Shown: one piece after another, positions 18,501 through 27,652 of the stretch
How positions within the stretch are numbered: position 1 is the first letter of the stretch
Layout: each line of letters starts with the position of its first letter
Sequence record: OM386652.1
DNA length: 59,956 bases
Source: Escherichia phage vB_EcoS_ESCO3
Direction: 5' to 3' (one strand)
Position numbers and translations under genes: made by a program
Notes under the pieces: generated by a model
What the model saw: the letters and a program-made list of their open reading frames with translations, nothing else
Told to the model about the DNA's origin: nothing
Databases searched by the model: none

Positions 18501-19037
18501 CTAAGCGTGGCCGTTTCTCTTAATGTATTCGTAAGCATGTGATTTAAAGATTATCCGAAAATCTTCCAGGGATATTTCACATCTCGGAGGATCTTCTTTA
18601 TGATGTTTCGCTTCATCAGCGAAAAGCATGATAGGGTTCATATATAGGACTACGCGCCAGGGCTTTTTATTCTGACGGTACATAAGAACTGGAAACTTGT
18701 CTGCTTCCAATGCACTCTTAACACACTGCGCCCACCATGTGTTAATTGATAGCTGCTCCTGTCGTTTAACTTCCACCGCATAGAAACAGGTATTTGTGAT
18801 GTCACAACCACCTACAGCACTCTGATTTTGGTTACGTTGTGCTATGGGCTTTTCTGGATAAGTCATTCCAAGAGCGGCGTAAACTTCTTCATAAATGTCA
18901 TTAAAGAATTTACAGATCTCACGCTCACCTGTCTGACCTTTAGTACGAGGATTAGCTCCCATGTTATAAATCTCCATCCAAAAAATAGGGGGTACACAAG
19001 TACCCCCGAAAGCGAAGCATATAATAGATAATAACAT
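18501..19037 (-). CDS. hypothetical protein (possible PD-(D/E)xK nuclease fold)
   Basis: 178 aa. Weak D...E.K-like pattern (CDIT...AVEVKRQ). Start codon uncertain. Confidence 0.35.
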   Translation of the reverse strand: MLLSIICFAFGGTCVPPIFWMEIYNMGANPRTKGQTGEREICKFFNDIYEEVYAALGMTYPEKPIAQRNQNQSAVGGCDITNTCFYAVEVKRQEQLSINTWWAQCVKSALEADKFPVLMYRQNKKPWRVVLYMNPIMLFADEAKHHKEDPPRCEISLEDFRIIFKSHAYEYIKRNGHA

Positions 19038-19148
19038 GTCAGCGAGAGGCAGCCTTCGAAAAGGGGTAATCTACCAACCACTCTCGCAAATAATGTTAAC
19101 CTGTTTACGTGTTTGATTACAATACACGAATTCGTCAGAATTCACAGG

Positions 19149-19424
19149 TCATACCGTACATTTTTGCCAATGGCCCATAGAAAATGACAGCGAAGTGCAG
19201 ACAACTTCCAACCCGTTATCATCACGCACCACGGGCAAAGCTAGGCCGCTGCGGGCGTTATGTACAGTGCGGTGTACTCTATACACAGAGTTATGCGTAA
19301 AGCGCCGCGTATTCGCGTTTGTGCAGCGTAATAACGCTCCGATATGTACAAGTGGAGCAGGCATAGTGAAGCCAATCATTAGATCCTTCTCTTTCTTATT
19401 AGGCTGGCGTACAGTTACATTCAT
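19149..19424 (-). CDS. hypothetical protein
   Basis: 91-aa ORF whose start overlaps the stop of the small HTH ORF. Confidence 0.4.
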   Translation of the reverse strand: MNVTVRQPNKKEKDLMIGFTMPAPLVHIGALLRCTNANTRRFTHNSVYRVHRTVHNARSGLALPVVRDDNGLEVVCTSLSFSMGHWQKCTV

Positions 19425-19600
19425 TGTGTCGTCCCCTCATTTAAAGATTCCAGGCGCTCACCTAACAAAATGAGCGATTTAATTTGATGCGGTTTCTTAC
19501 CAAGATGTTCAGCAATGTGGTTATAAGTAAAACCTTTCTCCCGCATACGATAAGCAGTAATAGCGGCATTGCGATTGCGGATATCGGTTTTCTTACTCAT
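19421..19600 (-). CDS. small helix-turn-helix DNA-binding protein (59 aa, below the ORF-track cutoff)
   Basis: Hand-translated as MSKKTDIRNRNAAITAYRMREKGFTYNHIAEHLGKKPHQIKSLILLGERLESLNEGTTQ. AAGGAGAG ribosome-binding site about 10 nt upstream. Stop overlaps the start of the next gene. Confidence 0.35.
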   Translation of the reverse strand: MSKKTDIRNRNAAITAYRMREKGFTYNHIAEHLGKKPHQIKSLILLGERLESLNEGTTQ

Positions 19601-19905
19601 GGTAAACTAGCTCTCCTTAATTTAGCTTCAATACGATTAATTAGCATCGACATACTACGATCTGCAACCATATGATGCGGTTCGTAGTAACCATATGCCC
19701 AATAGTTTACCTCTTGCCCACAATGATTACAATTAATCTTTGACTCGCATACAGGCGAATAGTAGCCATCAACTTGATCTACGACAGTCTCTGTAAACTC
19801 AGTGTGACCACACTTTGGGCATCGTATGCACTTCATTTCCTTGTCGTAGTTTGAGCGAAAAGTATAAGGCTTCCATCCTAACACCTTGTATATTTTGCTA
19901 GGCAT
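19597..19905 (-). CDS. zinc-finger protein (two CxxC pairs)
   Basis: 102 aa with CIRCPKCGH and CNHCGQE motifs. Confidence 0.45.
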   Translation of the reverse strand: MPSKIYKVLGWKPYTFRSNYDKEMKCIRCPKCGHTEFTETVVDQVDGYYSPVCESKINCNHCGQEVNYWAYGYYEPHHMVADRSMSMLINRIEAKLRRASLP

Positions 19906-20147
19906 TAGTGTAGATTCTCTTTAGGTTGTTCTTCGCTCGTCATAAGATGAGCTAATACGCTGCATGTGTTTGATTTCTGCCAGGCTTTCTCAATTTCATC
20001 TAACGAGGATTCTGGTTTACATAAGCGATAGGCTTCCATGAAGGAATTCTGGGCTGCTTCAATGATTGCCAGAGACACTAACACTCTTTCGTCTATCATC
20101 GTCATCATTTCTTCACATTTATCACACATATTATTTCTCCAACTCAA
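19905..20147 (-). CDS. hypothetical protein (Cys-containing, small)
   Basis: 80-aa ORF; start/stop overlap with neighbours. Confidence 0.4.
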   Translation of the reverse strand: MSWRNNMCDKCEEMMTMIDERVLVSLAIIEAAQNSFMEAYRLCKPESSLDEIEKAWQKSNTCSVLAHLMTSEEQPKENLH

Positions 20148-20352
20148 TAATGTTTAGAATAATAACAACATCAAAGGAATTTGATTCTTTAAGGTGTTGA
20201 ACAATACCTTCAATCGTGTCCCTGCTAATATCCGGAGCCTTTACAAATACATGCCCAAATCCTGGGGATATCATGTGACCTTTGTGATAACTATAAGATA
20301 CGAAGAACTCCCTCGTCTTTTGTTCACAAACTACTAATTCTTTATCTGTCAT
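20131..20352 (-). CDS. hypothetical protein
   Basis: 73-aa ORF in the leftward block. Confidence 0.4.
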   Translation of the reverse strand: MTDKELVVCEQKTREFFVSYSYHKGHMISPGFGHVFVKAPDISRDTIEGIVQHLKESNSFDVVIILNIIELEK

Positions 20353-20367
20353 TTAAACACCTCAAAT

Positions 20368-20565
20368 TCAGAAGAATGTACCAGTAAGCACATACAGGAC
20401 AGCGTCACGTAGTGTTGGTAACAAAGGCGAGCAGTTAGGAACACTGTAGAATTTACGTGATCCAACTTTAACACTGACGATTGTAATAGAACGTCTATTG
20501 CGCTCTACTGCGTAGAGACCACCACCGAGACGACGGACTTTATATAGAGGTTGATGCTTTTGCAT
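20368..20565 (-). CDS. hypothetical protein
   Basis: 65-aa basic ORF. Confidence 0.35.
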   Translation of the reverse strand: MQKHQPLYKVRRLGGGLYAVERNRRSITIVSVKVGSRKFYSVPNCSPLLPTLRDAVLYVLTGTFF

Positions 20566-20582
20566 GTTTTAACTCCTTTCTT

Positions 20583-20861
20583 TTATTTGCTGACACGTAT
20601 GGTTCTACCTGTTAAGAAGGTGTATCCACAGTACCGCATTAAGTCACGTTCTTCTATTACACTTCGTAACTGGCGTGACAGCGTTTCATAGTAAGGACGG
20701 ACTTCGTTCTTACTTATAGCTAAAGCATAGGCGAACAGTTGTTCCGAGTCAATACGATTAGACTTGATTCTTTTGATCGCCTGCTCAATTCCTGGGAACT
20801 CCTCATCCTGGTATAGAGCACCGTACACAATTTTAATAGCTGCTAGATTGTAACTGGACAT
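20583..20861 (-). CDS. hypothetical protein
   Basis: 92-aa ORF. Confidence 0.4.
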   Translation of the reverse strand: MSSYNLAAIKIVYGALYQDEEFPGIEQAIKRIKSNRIDSEQLFAYALAISKNEVRPYYETLSRQLRSVIEERDLMRYCGYTFLTGRTIRVSK

Positions 20862-20959
20862 TTGACCCTCGGACGTAAAATAATTCTTGATACCTATTGC
20901 ATTCCTAAGGAAATGCTCTATAGTATGTATTATACAGTTTGTAAGCGGAGGAACACAAA

Positions 20960-21190
20960 ATGACTCACCAAGATCTTATAAAAAGAAACATCAGAACTGC
21001 AATGAACAAATCAGAGGAATTCTCACATAACTGTACCGATGGTACTCATAAAATTAGATATGAATATATGGGATCCTCAACTGTGGTCACATTTGAGAAA
21101 GATGAGTATCACGTTGGAGATTTTTCAACACCAGATTACGACGAGATGTTTGAATACGTTGTATGTGGGTTCTTAGAGTTGCACGAATAA
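20960..21190 (+). CDS. hypothetical protein (lone plus-strand gene inside the leftward block)
   Basis: 76 aa. GGAGGAA ribosome-binding site before the ATG; followed directly by a strong intrinsic terminator. Confidence 0.45.
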   Translation: MTHQDLIKRNIRTAMNKSEEFSHNCTDGTHKIRYEYMGSSTVVTFEKDEYHVGDFSTPDYDEMFEYVVCGFLELHE

Positions 21191-21194
21191 TATA

Positions 21195-21222
21195 ATGGGC
21201 GCATATAGCGCCCATTTTTTTT
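21195..21222 (+). terminator. rho-independent terminator
   Basis: 8-bp stem ATGGGCGC / GCGCCCAT with loop ATATA, followed by a T8 run. Confidence 0.65.
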
Positions 21223-23770
21223 ATAGCTTAATAATCTTCTCCATGCGTTCGATATCCACTAAATAACACTTCATCCTCGGTGGTACAAAATCAGGACCGA
21301 ATAAACTTGAGAAGTCCATAGGCCTCATTTCAGCAAGAACTTCCATAGACATCAGACCATAAATTGTATTGTCTATGACCTGCAATATGTTGTCGTTTCT
21401 TGTCTGCTTGAACGCTTTAAATTGCCTACAATAAGTACATAAATCACTCCGTGTAACTATAAACGAGTCCTTAAACATTGGGAATTTATCATACACATAA
21501 GCCTTCACTTCCCCGTCCAAGAACCTTTTTATAGTCGCGAGCATTATCTTCTCACGGCTTGTACTGTCTGTAGACCCAATTTGCCCACTATTACGCTTCT
21601 CTAGGAAACGCTCGTTACCCTGATCGATAAATGACTCAGCCCAACGATAATGTTCCATAGTAACAACGGGTCGTTCACTGTTATCCGCAACAGCAAGAAG
21701 AGAAGCTATACGCAATACCTTCAACGCCTTCCTTGTGTACATCTGACGAATTACTTCGTCTTGCACCTGCTCACCATCATTGCCGCTGTTCAGGAACTTC
21801 GCAACAACATTATCAAGATTATCAAACGCTTCGTGTACCTCTGCTTCCATTTCAACATAACACGGAGCAGTCCCTGACATAATGCGCACAGCTTGTTTAT
21901 AGATAGCTCCAATAGTGCGCAGAATTGCTTCTGGATATTCCAGGAGCATACTCTTATTCATCAACGGGCGGTTAGCTGTACATTCCCATGCGATAATACG
22001 GGACATGAAGCCACTAGACATCATACGGTCATCCACGTTCCCGTAAAATTCATCTGGTGTCGTTTCACCTGCAAAACTATACGCCTTGACCTTACCGCCA
22101 GCAGTCGTATTATCTTTACTAGAGTGCTTTGAACCGCCAGAGAAAGCATAGAAATGCCCCTTGTCATAAAGGGAAAGCATTTCATCCATAATGTCTTTAG
22201 CTTTACCGACTTCCATCTTACCGTTACGGAAAAACGCACCGACTTCAGTCTTATAGTTAATGGATGAGCCACAAGACATAACGGATGTATCCATTATGAC
22301 GTCCTTGCGCAATGCAGCATCGGACGCATAGGTACTTGTATCTAAGACACGTTCAATACCAAATATCTGCTGGCCATCTTGACCGCCATAATTGGATACT
22401 TGAGAAAGAATAGTTTCAATGTTAGAGCGAAACGCTTCTTTACCAATACCAGAACGCGCAATTAATACAAAGTAGTTATTCAGACCACTTCGTGTGACTG
22501 TGTTCCACGCCTTACCGCACATACCACTAAATAAAGCAAGAGCAGACAGAATACTAATGTCTTTAATAGGCAACAAGCTCGCTTTATACATGTTACGCGC
22601 AACCTCACCCATAAAGCCCGGAGGCCAAGCCAAACCGTCTGCCTGCTCTTCAGTGTAATTGCCATCTGTGGTCAACACTTCTTCAGGTGGGCGTTCTGGT
22701 GTAGTTGCTTGACGTAGTTTTTCCGTGCGCTCTATAGCTGCATTAACGTTATTCTGAACTATCTGCATAAGTCCCATAGATTTAACATGGGCATCATAGC
22801 GATAGTTGCGAATCATTCTATCCAGGTGATACGGACGTTTGATTTTTTCACCAGGCAGACGACGGGAATCATCGTAACGACTACTCATTGGTGAATACAT
22901 GAACAGACGTCTTACCTGGAAATTGTACTTACTCTTAAAGCAAAGAAAGTCAATTAATGCAAACTCTGCTTCAGACTGAGAAGGGAAACAACGTTCGCCA
23001 ATAGAAGTATCAACTTCTTCAGCTCTCCAACGACCTTCCCATAGCTGCTTAAACAATGTTCCGTTTTCTTGTTCGCACAACTGAATATAGACATCCTGGT
23101 CTTCCATTGCATATGGGTCGTTACTAAAATCTTCTTCAGTAAGTTCCAGCATTTGGAAGCCGTCTGACTCATTAATCTCACTCATCTCAGACATAAGTTG
23201 ATGAATGAGATTAGCGATATACCCTTCGCTTTCACTGCCTGGAGCACCAGACACAGTGCGCGGAGTAATATCCCAGTGATCGCCTGTACAGATAATAAAA
23301 CGATACTGTGAATACACTTCCACACCATCACGGCGCTTACCAGCCTGAGGGATGGAATAAATCCATGTGTGCAACCCATCACCGCTTCTGGAAATTTCCG
23401 TATAGCTATGGAACGATTCAACAATCTTCTTATATCGCTCACCAGCAACTTTCTTTTCCATTTCAGACATGGTATCTTTAATGTCCATGTCGATACAACA
23501 GAACGGGTCACTTGGAAGTAGATAGAAACCTAAACGCAAGTTATGGCCAATCTCGTTATAATAACGAACGCAGCGTTCAGCATCTTCAAAAGACATAAGT
23601 AAATGCAGGTTAGACGGTTTCTTATCGTTACCGTCTTTACGAAGTGGGACCATATCCCCTAAATCATCGTCCCATACATAAGGTTGTTTTTCTGATGATG
23701 TACCCGGATGGAAACCGCAGACAGCCCACTGTTCGTATTGTTTAATTTCTTGAGGAAAAAGTTCCAGCAT
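21221..23770 (-). CDS. putative DNA primase (AEP primase-polymerase domain) with C-terminal NTPase-like region
   Basis: 849 aa. N-terminal AEP-like motifs CCIDMDIKD (DxD) and SRSGDGLHTW (SGxGxH); later a P-loop-like ARSGIGKEA. Domain assignment is by eye. Confidence 0.5.
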   Translation of the reverse strand: MLELFPQEIKQYEQWAVCGFHPGTSSEKQPYVWDDDLGDMVPLRKDGNDKKPSNLHLLMSFEDAERCVRYYNEIGHNLRLGFYLLPSDPFCCIDMDIKDTMSEMEKKVAGERYKKIVESFHSYTEISRSGDGLHTWIYSIPQAGKRRDGVEVYSQYRFIICTGDHWDITPRTVSGAPGSESEGYIANLIHQLMSEMSEINESDGFQMLELTEEDFSNDPYAMEDQDVYIQLCEQENGTLFKQLWEGRWRAEEVDTSIGERCFPSQSEAEFALIDFLCFKSKYNFQVRRLFMYSPMSSRYDDSRRLPGEKIKRPYHLDRMIRNYRYDAHVKSMGLMQIVQNNVNAAIERTEKLRQATTPERPPEEVLTTDGNYTEEQADGLAWPPGFMGEVARNMYKASLLPIKDISILSALALFSGMCGKAWNTVTRSGLNNYFVLIARSGIGKEAFRSNIETILSQVSNYGGQDGQQIFGIERVLDTSTYASDAALRKDVIMDTSVMSCGSSINYKTEVGAFFRNGKMEVGKAKDIMDEMLSLYDKGHFYAFSGGSKHSSKDNTTAGGKVKAYSFAGETTPDEFYGNVDDRMMSSGFMSRIIAWECTANRPLMNKSMLLEYPEAILRTIGAIYKQAVRIMSGTAPCYVEMEAEVHEAFDNLDNVVAKFLNSGNDGEQVQDEVIRQMYTRKALKVLRIASLLAVADNSERPVVTMEHYRWAESFIDQGNERFLEKRNSGQIGSTDSTSREKIMLATIKRFLDGEVKAYVYDKFPMFKDSFIVTRSDLCTYCRQFKAFKQTRNDNILQVIDNTIYGLMSMEVLAEMRPMDFSSLFGPDFVPPRMKCYLVDIERMEKIIKL

Positions 23771-23779
23771 GTTATTACC

Positions 23780-24016
23780 TTAAAACGTAGCGGGATTAAT
23801 TTCAAATAACGAACGTGATGGTACAACATCAAAGTTGACATCTACCAGCTTAAAAGAATTCGTGTAAACACACCATGTACCGACTTTTTCATTAAAGACG
23901 GGCTTGTCATTATTAAATGCGTACACGCAACCATCAGAATCTGTTGCAATATATCTTGTGTCTTTTGGTACTTCTACATCTGAACCATAATAGTGAACGG
24001 TAATTAAATCTGACAT
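23780..24016 (-). CDS. hypothetical protein
   Basis: 78-aa ORF. Confidence 0.35.
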   Translation of the reverse strand: MSDLITVHYYGSDVEVPKDTRYIATDSDGCVYAFNNDKPVFNEKVGTWCVYTNSFKLVDVNFDVVPSRSLFEINPATF

Positions 24017-24090
24017 GTTATTCTCCTACGATCCATTAGGACACACATAGTATATACTGATGGATCGGCAGGGGGCTAACCCCCTGCAAA

Positions 24091-24504
24091 TTATGGTACT
24101 AAGACCCAACGACAGGCGATAGGTTTACACATTATCTCTTCTTTAGAGATGTTTATACGATCCTTAAAAATAATTCTTGGATAAAAATATTTCATATAGT
24201 TATCAGAAGCTGCCTTATATTCGGTCTTTAATATACGTGCGCTAACAACAAATTTTAAATCTTCCCAATCTTTCATAGAGTCAGCAAAAGACAAGATACG
24301 CCCATTTCCACGGACTTTTGCTGAAGACTGAGAAGGCAACTTGTGGTTAATATCACATGGTAGATCTAAGGATTTATCTTTAAAGAATTTACTTCCACCA
24401 TTAAAAAATTTACTCACATCAAAAGAGCCAATTTCTAAAGTATGGATATTTTGACCTTTAATTGGTTCTTCAAACTTAACATCAACAACAAGTTTAACTA
24501 GCAT
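24091..24504 (-). CDS. hypothetical protein (AT-rich, likely acquired gene)
   Basis: 137 aa. Visibly lower GC than the flanking genes; GC-rich hairpin (24069-24089) just downstream. Confidence 0.45.
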   Translation of the reverse strand: MLVKLVVDVKFEEPIKGQNIHTLEIGSFDVSKFFNGGSKFFKDKSLDLPCDINHKLPSQSSAKVRGNGRILSFADSMKDWEDLKFVVSARILKTEYKAASDNYMKYFYPRIIFKDRINISKEEIMCKPIACRWVLVP

Positions 24505-24518
24505 AACTTACCCTATAA

Positions 24519-24788
24519 TCACCATAAAATTTCTACACTTTCAGTATCCATCTGACTCAATGGTTGCGTATATGAGATTGTATATCCAAATGATACCAGT
24601 TGTTCAGTCACCTTTCTCATTACAGGACGTGCATTAGGACTACCAATTTCACTATATGGCTTTTTAAATAATTTAATATGATCCCTGCCATCTAGAGACG
24701 CTTTAGTAATCCATTTATCCAAATCATCAAGATATGCACCGGTATCCAAGTTTTCACTATTTGTACGGGCTTCTTGTGCTGTAATCAT
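24519..24788 (-). CDS. hypothetical protein
   Basis: 89-aa ORF, AT-rich. Confidence 0.4.
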   Translation of the reverse strand: MITAQEARTNSENLDTGAYLDDLDKWITKASLDGRDHIKLFKKPYSEIGSPNARPVMRKVTEQLVSFGYTISYTQPLSQMDTESVEILW

Positions 24789-24790
24789 GA

Positions 24791-25015
24791 TTATTGCTCC
24801 ATAGCTTGTTTGATCAATGCGTCATGGATAAGTTTCGCAGTAGACGCGTTCCACAGTTGTTCGTCTGTCTGAACTTCCTGGTTCCATTGCTTATCAAATA
24901 GTCCTTCTTCATACGCATCTTTGATACGCTTGCATAAAGTAAGGATGTCGGTCTGAAGAATATCAATTTCTTCTTGAGTTAACGTAGTTTGGAGTTCTTT
25001 ACTCATCTTTGCCAC
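24791..25015 (-). CDS. hypothetical protein
   Basis: 74-aa ORF. Confidence 0.4.
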   Translation of the reverse strand: MAKMSKELQTTLTQEEIDILQTDILTLCKRIKDAYEEGLFDKQWNQEVQTDEQLWNASTAKLIHDALIKQAMEQ

Positions 25016-25391
25016 CTTCTTTATTCAGTTGACCACATGCTGGTGTCCATTGGCCGTTCAATGTGCGCTTAAGATCATCTTTGCGCATACGCTCGAACCA
25101 TTCAGTGTGGTCATGTGGATTGTCGCTTACTTTATAGTCAATATTAACACACGTTTCTTTGAAATCCATACCTTCCAGGTCCACGTCATAACAGATGTCG
25201 ATTTCAATACCCGGCTCAGTTAATACCCAAAAACCATCGCCGTCAATACATTCACACCACTGAGGTTCATTCTCAAACGCGGTTAAAGTACCGTCCTCGT
25301 CGACAGCAAGGTATTTCGCCCACACTGGAACAAACAACACTTCACCGAAGTATCGCACAGCCTTCTGAGTAAGATTAATTTGCATCTTCAC
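24999..25391 (-). CDS. hypothetical protein
   Basis: 130-aa acidic ORF. Confidence 0.45.
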   Translation of the reverse strand: MKMQINLTQKAVRYFGEVLFVPVWAKYLAVDEDGTLTAFENEPQWCECIDGDGFWVLTEPGIEIDICYDVDLEGMDFKETCVNIDYKVSDNPHDHTEWFERMRKDDLKRTLNGQWTPACGQLNKEGGKDE

Positions 25392-25728
25392 CTCCCGATA
25401 CTAGTTCCAAAGTCTCACGAAGCAGACGCTCGAGCTTCGATTTATTTTTGATAAGCTGATATTGACGATCCACCACAAGCGCCTTCTGACGGTTACGCAT
25501 AAGGTATTCGAACGCACCTTGAAAATCTTCGACTTTACCTTCATAACCTAGAGCCTTGGCAACGTGCGACACACGATGGAACAGAAAGTCCGCCGCGTCC
25601 ATAATTTCCATCGCATTGACAATAGCGTCAAGTAAATCAGGATTTGTATTCGGGTCAACCTTTTTAGCTTGTTCAAGAAGTCGCACCTTTGCTTTATATA
25701 AAGGTGAATTGCTTACTGTTTGCATCAC
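25375..25728 (-). CDS. hypothetical protein
   Basis: 117-aa ORF. Confidence 0.45.
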   Translation of the reverse strand: MMQTVSNSPLYKAKVRLLEQAKKVDPNTNPDLLDAIVNAMEIMDAADFLFHRVSHVAKALGYEGKVEDFQGAFEYLMRNRQKALVVDRQYQLIKNKSKLERLLRETLELVSGGEDAN

Positions 25729-25994
25729 TTCCTCCAGATATCACGCGATTCTTCAATACGGATGTTGTACCGTATAAGTTGTTGCATAACTTTATGCAGG
25801 TTATCGAGATGCTTCCTTAAACGAAGACGTTTCTTAATGGCCCACAGGTTCTTCATATCCGTTTTTTGGAGCTCCTCCCTTAAATACAATGAAAAGTCAG
25901 TCTGGTGATCCAAGATAAATTGAATACGCATCAAAGTATTCGACTTACGATAATCCGGATACCACTTAGGAAGAAGATCTTGTTCGTAAACCAT
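25725..25994 (-). CDS. hypothetical protein
   Basis: Start placed at the internal ATG at 25994 (MVYEQDLL), which abuts the upstream gene stop at 25996. The track ORF extends to 26192 in overlap. Confidence 0.4.
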   Translation of the reverse strand: MVYEQDLLPKWYPDYRKSNTLMRIQFILDHQTDFSLYLREELQKTDMKNLWAIKKRLRLRKHLDNLHKVMQQLIRYNIRIEESRDIWRK

Positions 25995-25995
25995 C

Positions 25996-26613
25996 TTACG
26001 CTCCAAACTGATCAATGTATTCAATGAGTTCTTGCAATTCTTGCTGTAACTGCACATTACCACTATTATTCGTCTGAAGTCTAACGAGGCGTTCTTTGAT
26101 ATGTGTAATGTGGTTAGCACCCATCCGACGCTTCTGTACATCACACCAATGAACAACACCATCTTCAATATATGCACGACGCGCTTTACCACGCGGGTAT
26201 CGCAACGGCCTAATCTCGCACTTATCGTCCACCCACTTAAAGCCCAGGATCATAACACCGTTGCCTTCCGTATCAGGGCACACGTCAAAGCAACTGTTGA
26301 ACCCTTTACTGCGCATGTACTCGTCGAGCGGAATTACCTTATCGGGCGACAACCATTGATACCCGAAGTAAATGTCAACAGTGAACATCATCCCCAACAT
26401 CGGAGCCGACCAGCACATATACACTCGCCCGTCATCCAACTTCTTGACCGCATTCGGCCGCAGCACGAGGCCAGCCGCCTTCCACGCTTTGACCACATTA
26501 ATTGTGTTGTCCTGCTCTTGGAATATTGCGTCTGCTTGCATATATGTAGGCGCGTCCCAGCCAAACATTTCCTTTACATGAGCATTAGTGATTTCAACCC
26601 TTTGATTGCGCAT
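25996..26613 (-). CDS. hypothetical protein (first gene downstream of the large non-coding region)
   Basis: Start placed at the internal ATG at 26613 (MRNQRVEIT). The track ORF's N-terminal extension runs into AT-rich repeat DNA and is unlikely to be coding. Confidence 0.45.
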   Translation of the reverse strand: MRNQRVEITNAHVKEMFGWDAPTYMQADAIFQEQDNTINVVKAWKAAGLVLRPNAVKKLDDGRVYMCWSAPMLGMMFTVDIYFGYQWLSPDKVIPLDEYMRSKGFNSCFDVCPDTEGNGVMILGFKWVDDKCEIRPLRYPRGKARRAYIEDGVVHWCDVQKRRMGANHITHIKERLVRLQTNNSGNVQLQQELQELIEYIDQFGA

Positions 26614-27589
26614 AACCTCACCCTTGATAATAATAAATCGACTGATTTTGAAATTCAGTTGCCGGTTTATGTTTATTTTTACGCAGTGTGTTTTGCAATG
26701 CAATATTGATATATTTTGTCTTTGTATTGCAATGTTTTTGTATTGCAAAAATTACAACAGTCTGAAGGTGAGAAATTGTACATTTATAAAGATCGGTGAA
26801 AAAATGCACAATTTATAAAGATGCCGCAACATACGAAACGGCGAAGCGAAGTGTATGAAAAATAAGGGAAAATTTTGAGGATTGGGAGGTTTGTATGGGT
26901 TTATATTATTTATAAAGGGGTCCCGTAGGGGTCGTCAGTAGACAACTCAAAAACAAAAAATCTTTATAAAATTTATATAAATACACACATACACACACTT
27001 TTACCTTATTTTTCATGCACTTACCCCCTTTCATTTCGTACATTAAGCGACTATATATGAGCAATATGACATATATTTGTTGCGCAACGACTGTGTGTTT
27101 TCTAACCAATCGAAAGATTGCTTTATATACGTCCGCGCGTCTAACACAAAAGAAAAGTGGATTGCAAGCGATTTTTGCTGAGGTAACTCTCGAAGTGAAA
27201 GCGATTTGCGAGTTTGAAATTTTGTAGCCCGAAAACGATTCTATTTTATGGTATAAATGTCGGATTTTTCGGTGAAAGCGAGCTTTTTGGTGAGGTTGGG
27301 TGGCTGGGAACGGTGTAACTGGTAGCCCATAAAGCGAAAATAGCCGCGAAAACGGGGCACGCAGCGCGATTAAATGGTTGGATCAGTGTAAGGGTGGCGG
27401 TGAGGGGCGAAAATGCCGCAAAATCGCTTACAGGGATGCAGGGAGTGGATCGCTGTAAGGGCGTATAAGGCGATTAAATTGGAGTCTATGGTAATGTATG
27501 GAAGAAGGATTCAGGTTCTTAGAGCGCGAATGGTGGAGCTATGGGTGAGGAATATGTGGTCAGCAGGGTAGCGCGGGAGGTGGTGCGGG
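26614..27589. promoter_or_regulatory. large non-coding control region with multiple short direct repeats
   Basis: About 1 kb with no ORF of 60 aa or more in the track. Direct repeats TTTGTATTGCAA (26721-26732, 26737-26748), ATTTATAAAGAT (26782-26793, 26811-26822; further TTTATAAA copies near 26907 and 26961), GCGATTAAAT (about 27365 and 27470) and TGTAAGGG (twice). Plus strand is strongly purine-rich from about 27280 to 27600. Confidence 0.5.
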
Positions 27590-27629
27590 TACAAAAACGA
27601 AAGCGCCCCGTTGGACTTCAACAGGGCGC
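27590..27629 (-). terminator. rho-independent terminator for the leftward early operon
   Basis: Inverted repeat GCGCCCCGTTG / CAACAGGGCGC (one mismatch), which on the minus-strand transcript is followed by UUUCGUUUUUGU. Lies just downstream of the stop of gene 27653..27901. Confidence 0.65.
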
Positions 27630-27652
27630 GGACTGTATAATGCAGTTAGAAG

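Noticed and set aside
27280-27600. G-quadruplex-forming region or small ORFs in the purine-rich segment
   Set aside because: G-runs are mostly 2-3 nt and irregularly spaced; short ORFs (under 20 aa) lack ribosome-binding sites. Retained only as part of the non-coding-region finding.
26614-27652. tRNA or other structured RNA gene in the large non-coding region
   Set aside because: No cloverleaf with a T-loop GTTCRANYC-like box or CCA-adjacent acceptor stem could be recognised by eye. Not excluded; it needs a tRNAscan/Infernal run.
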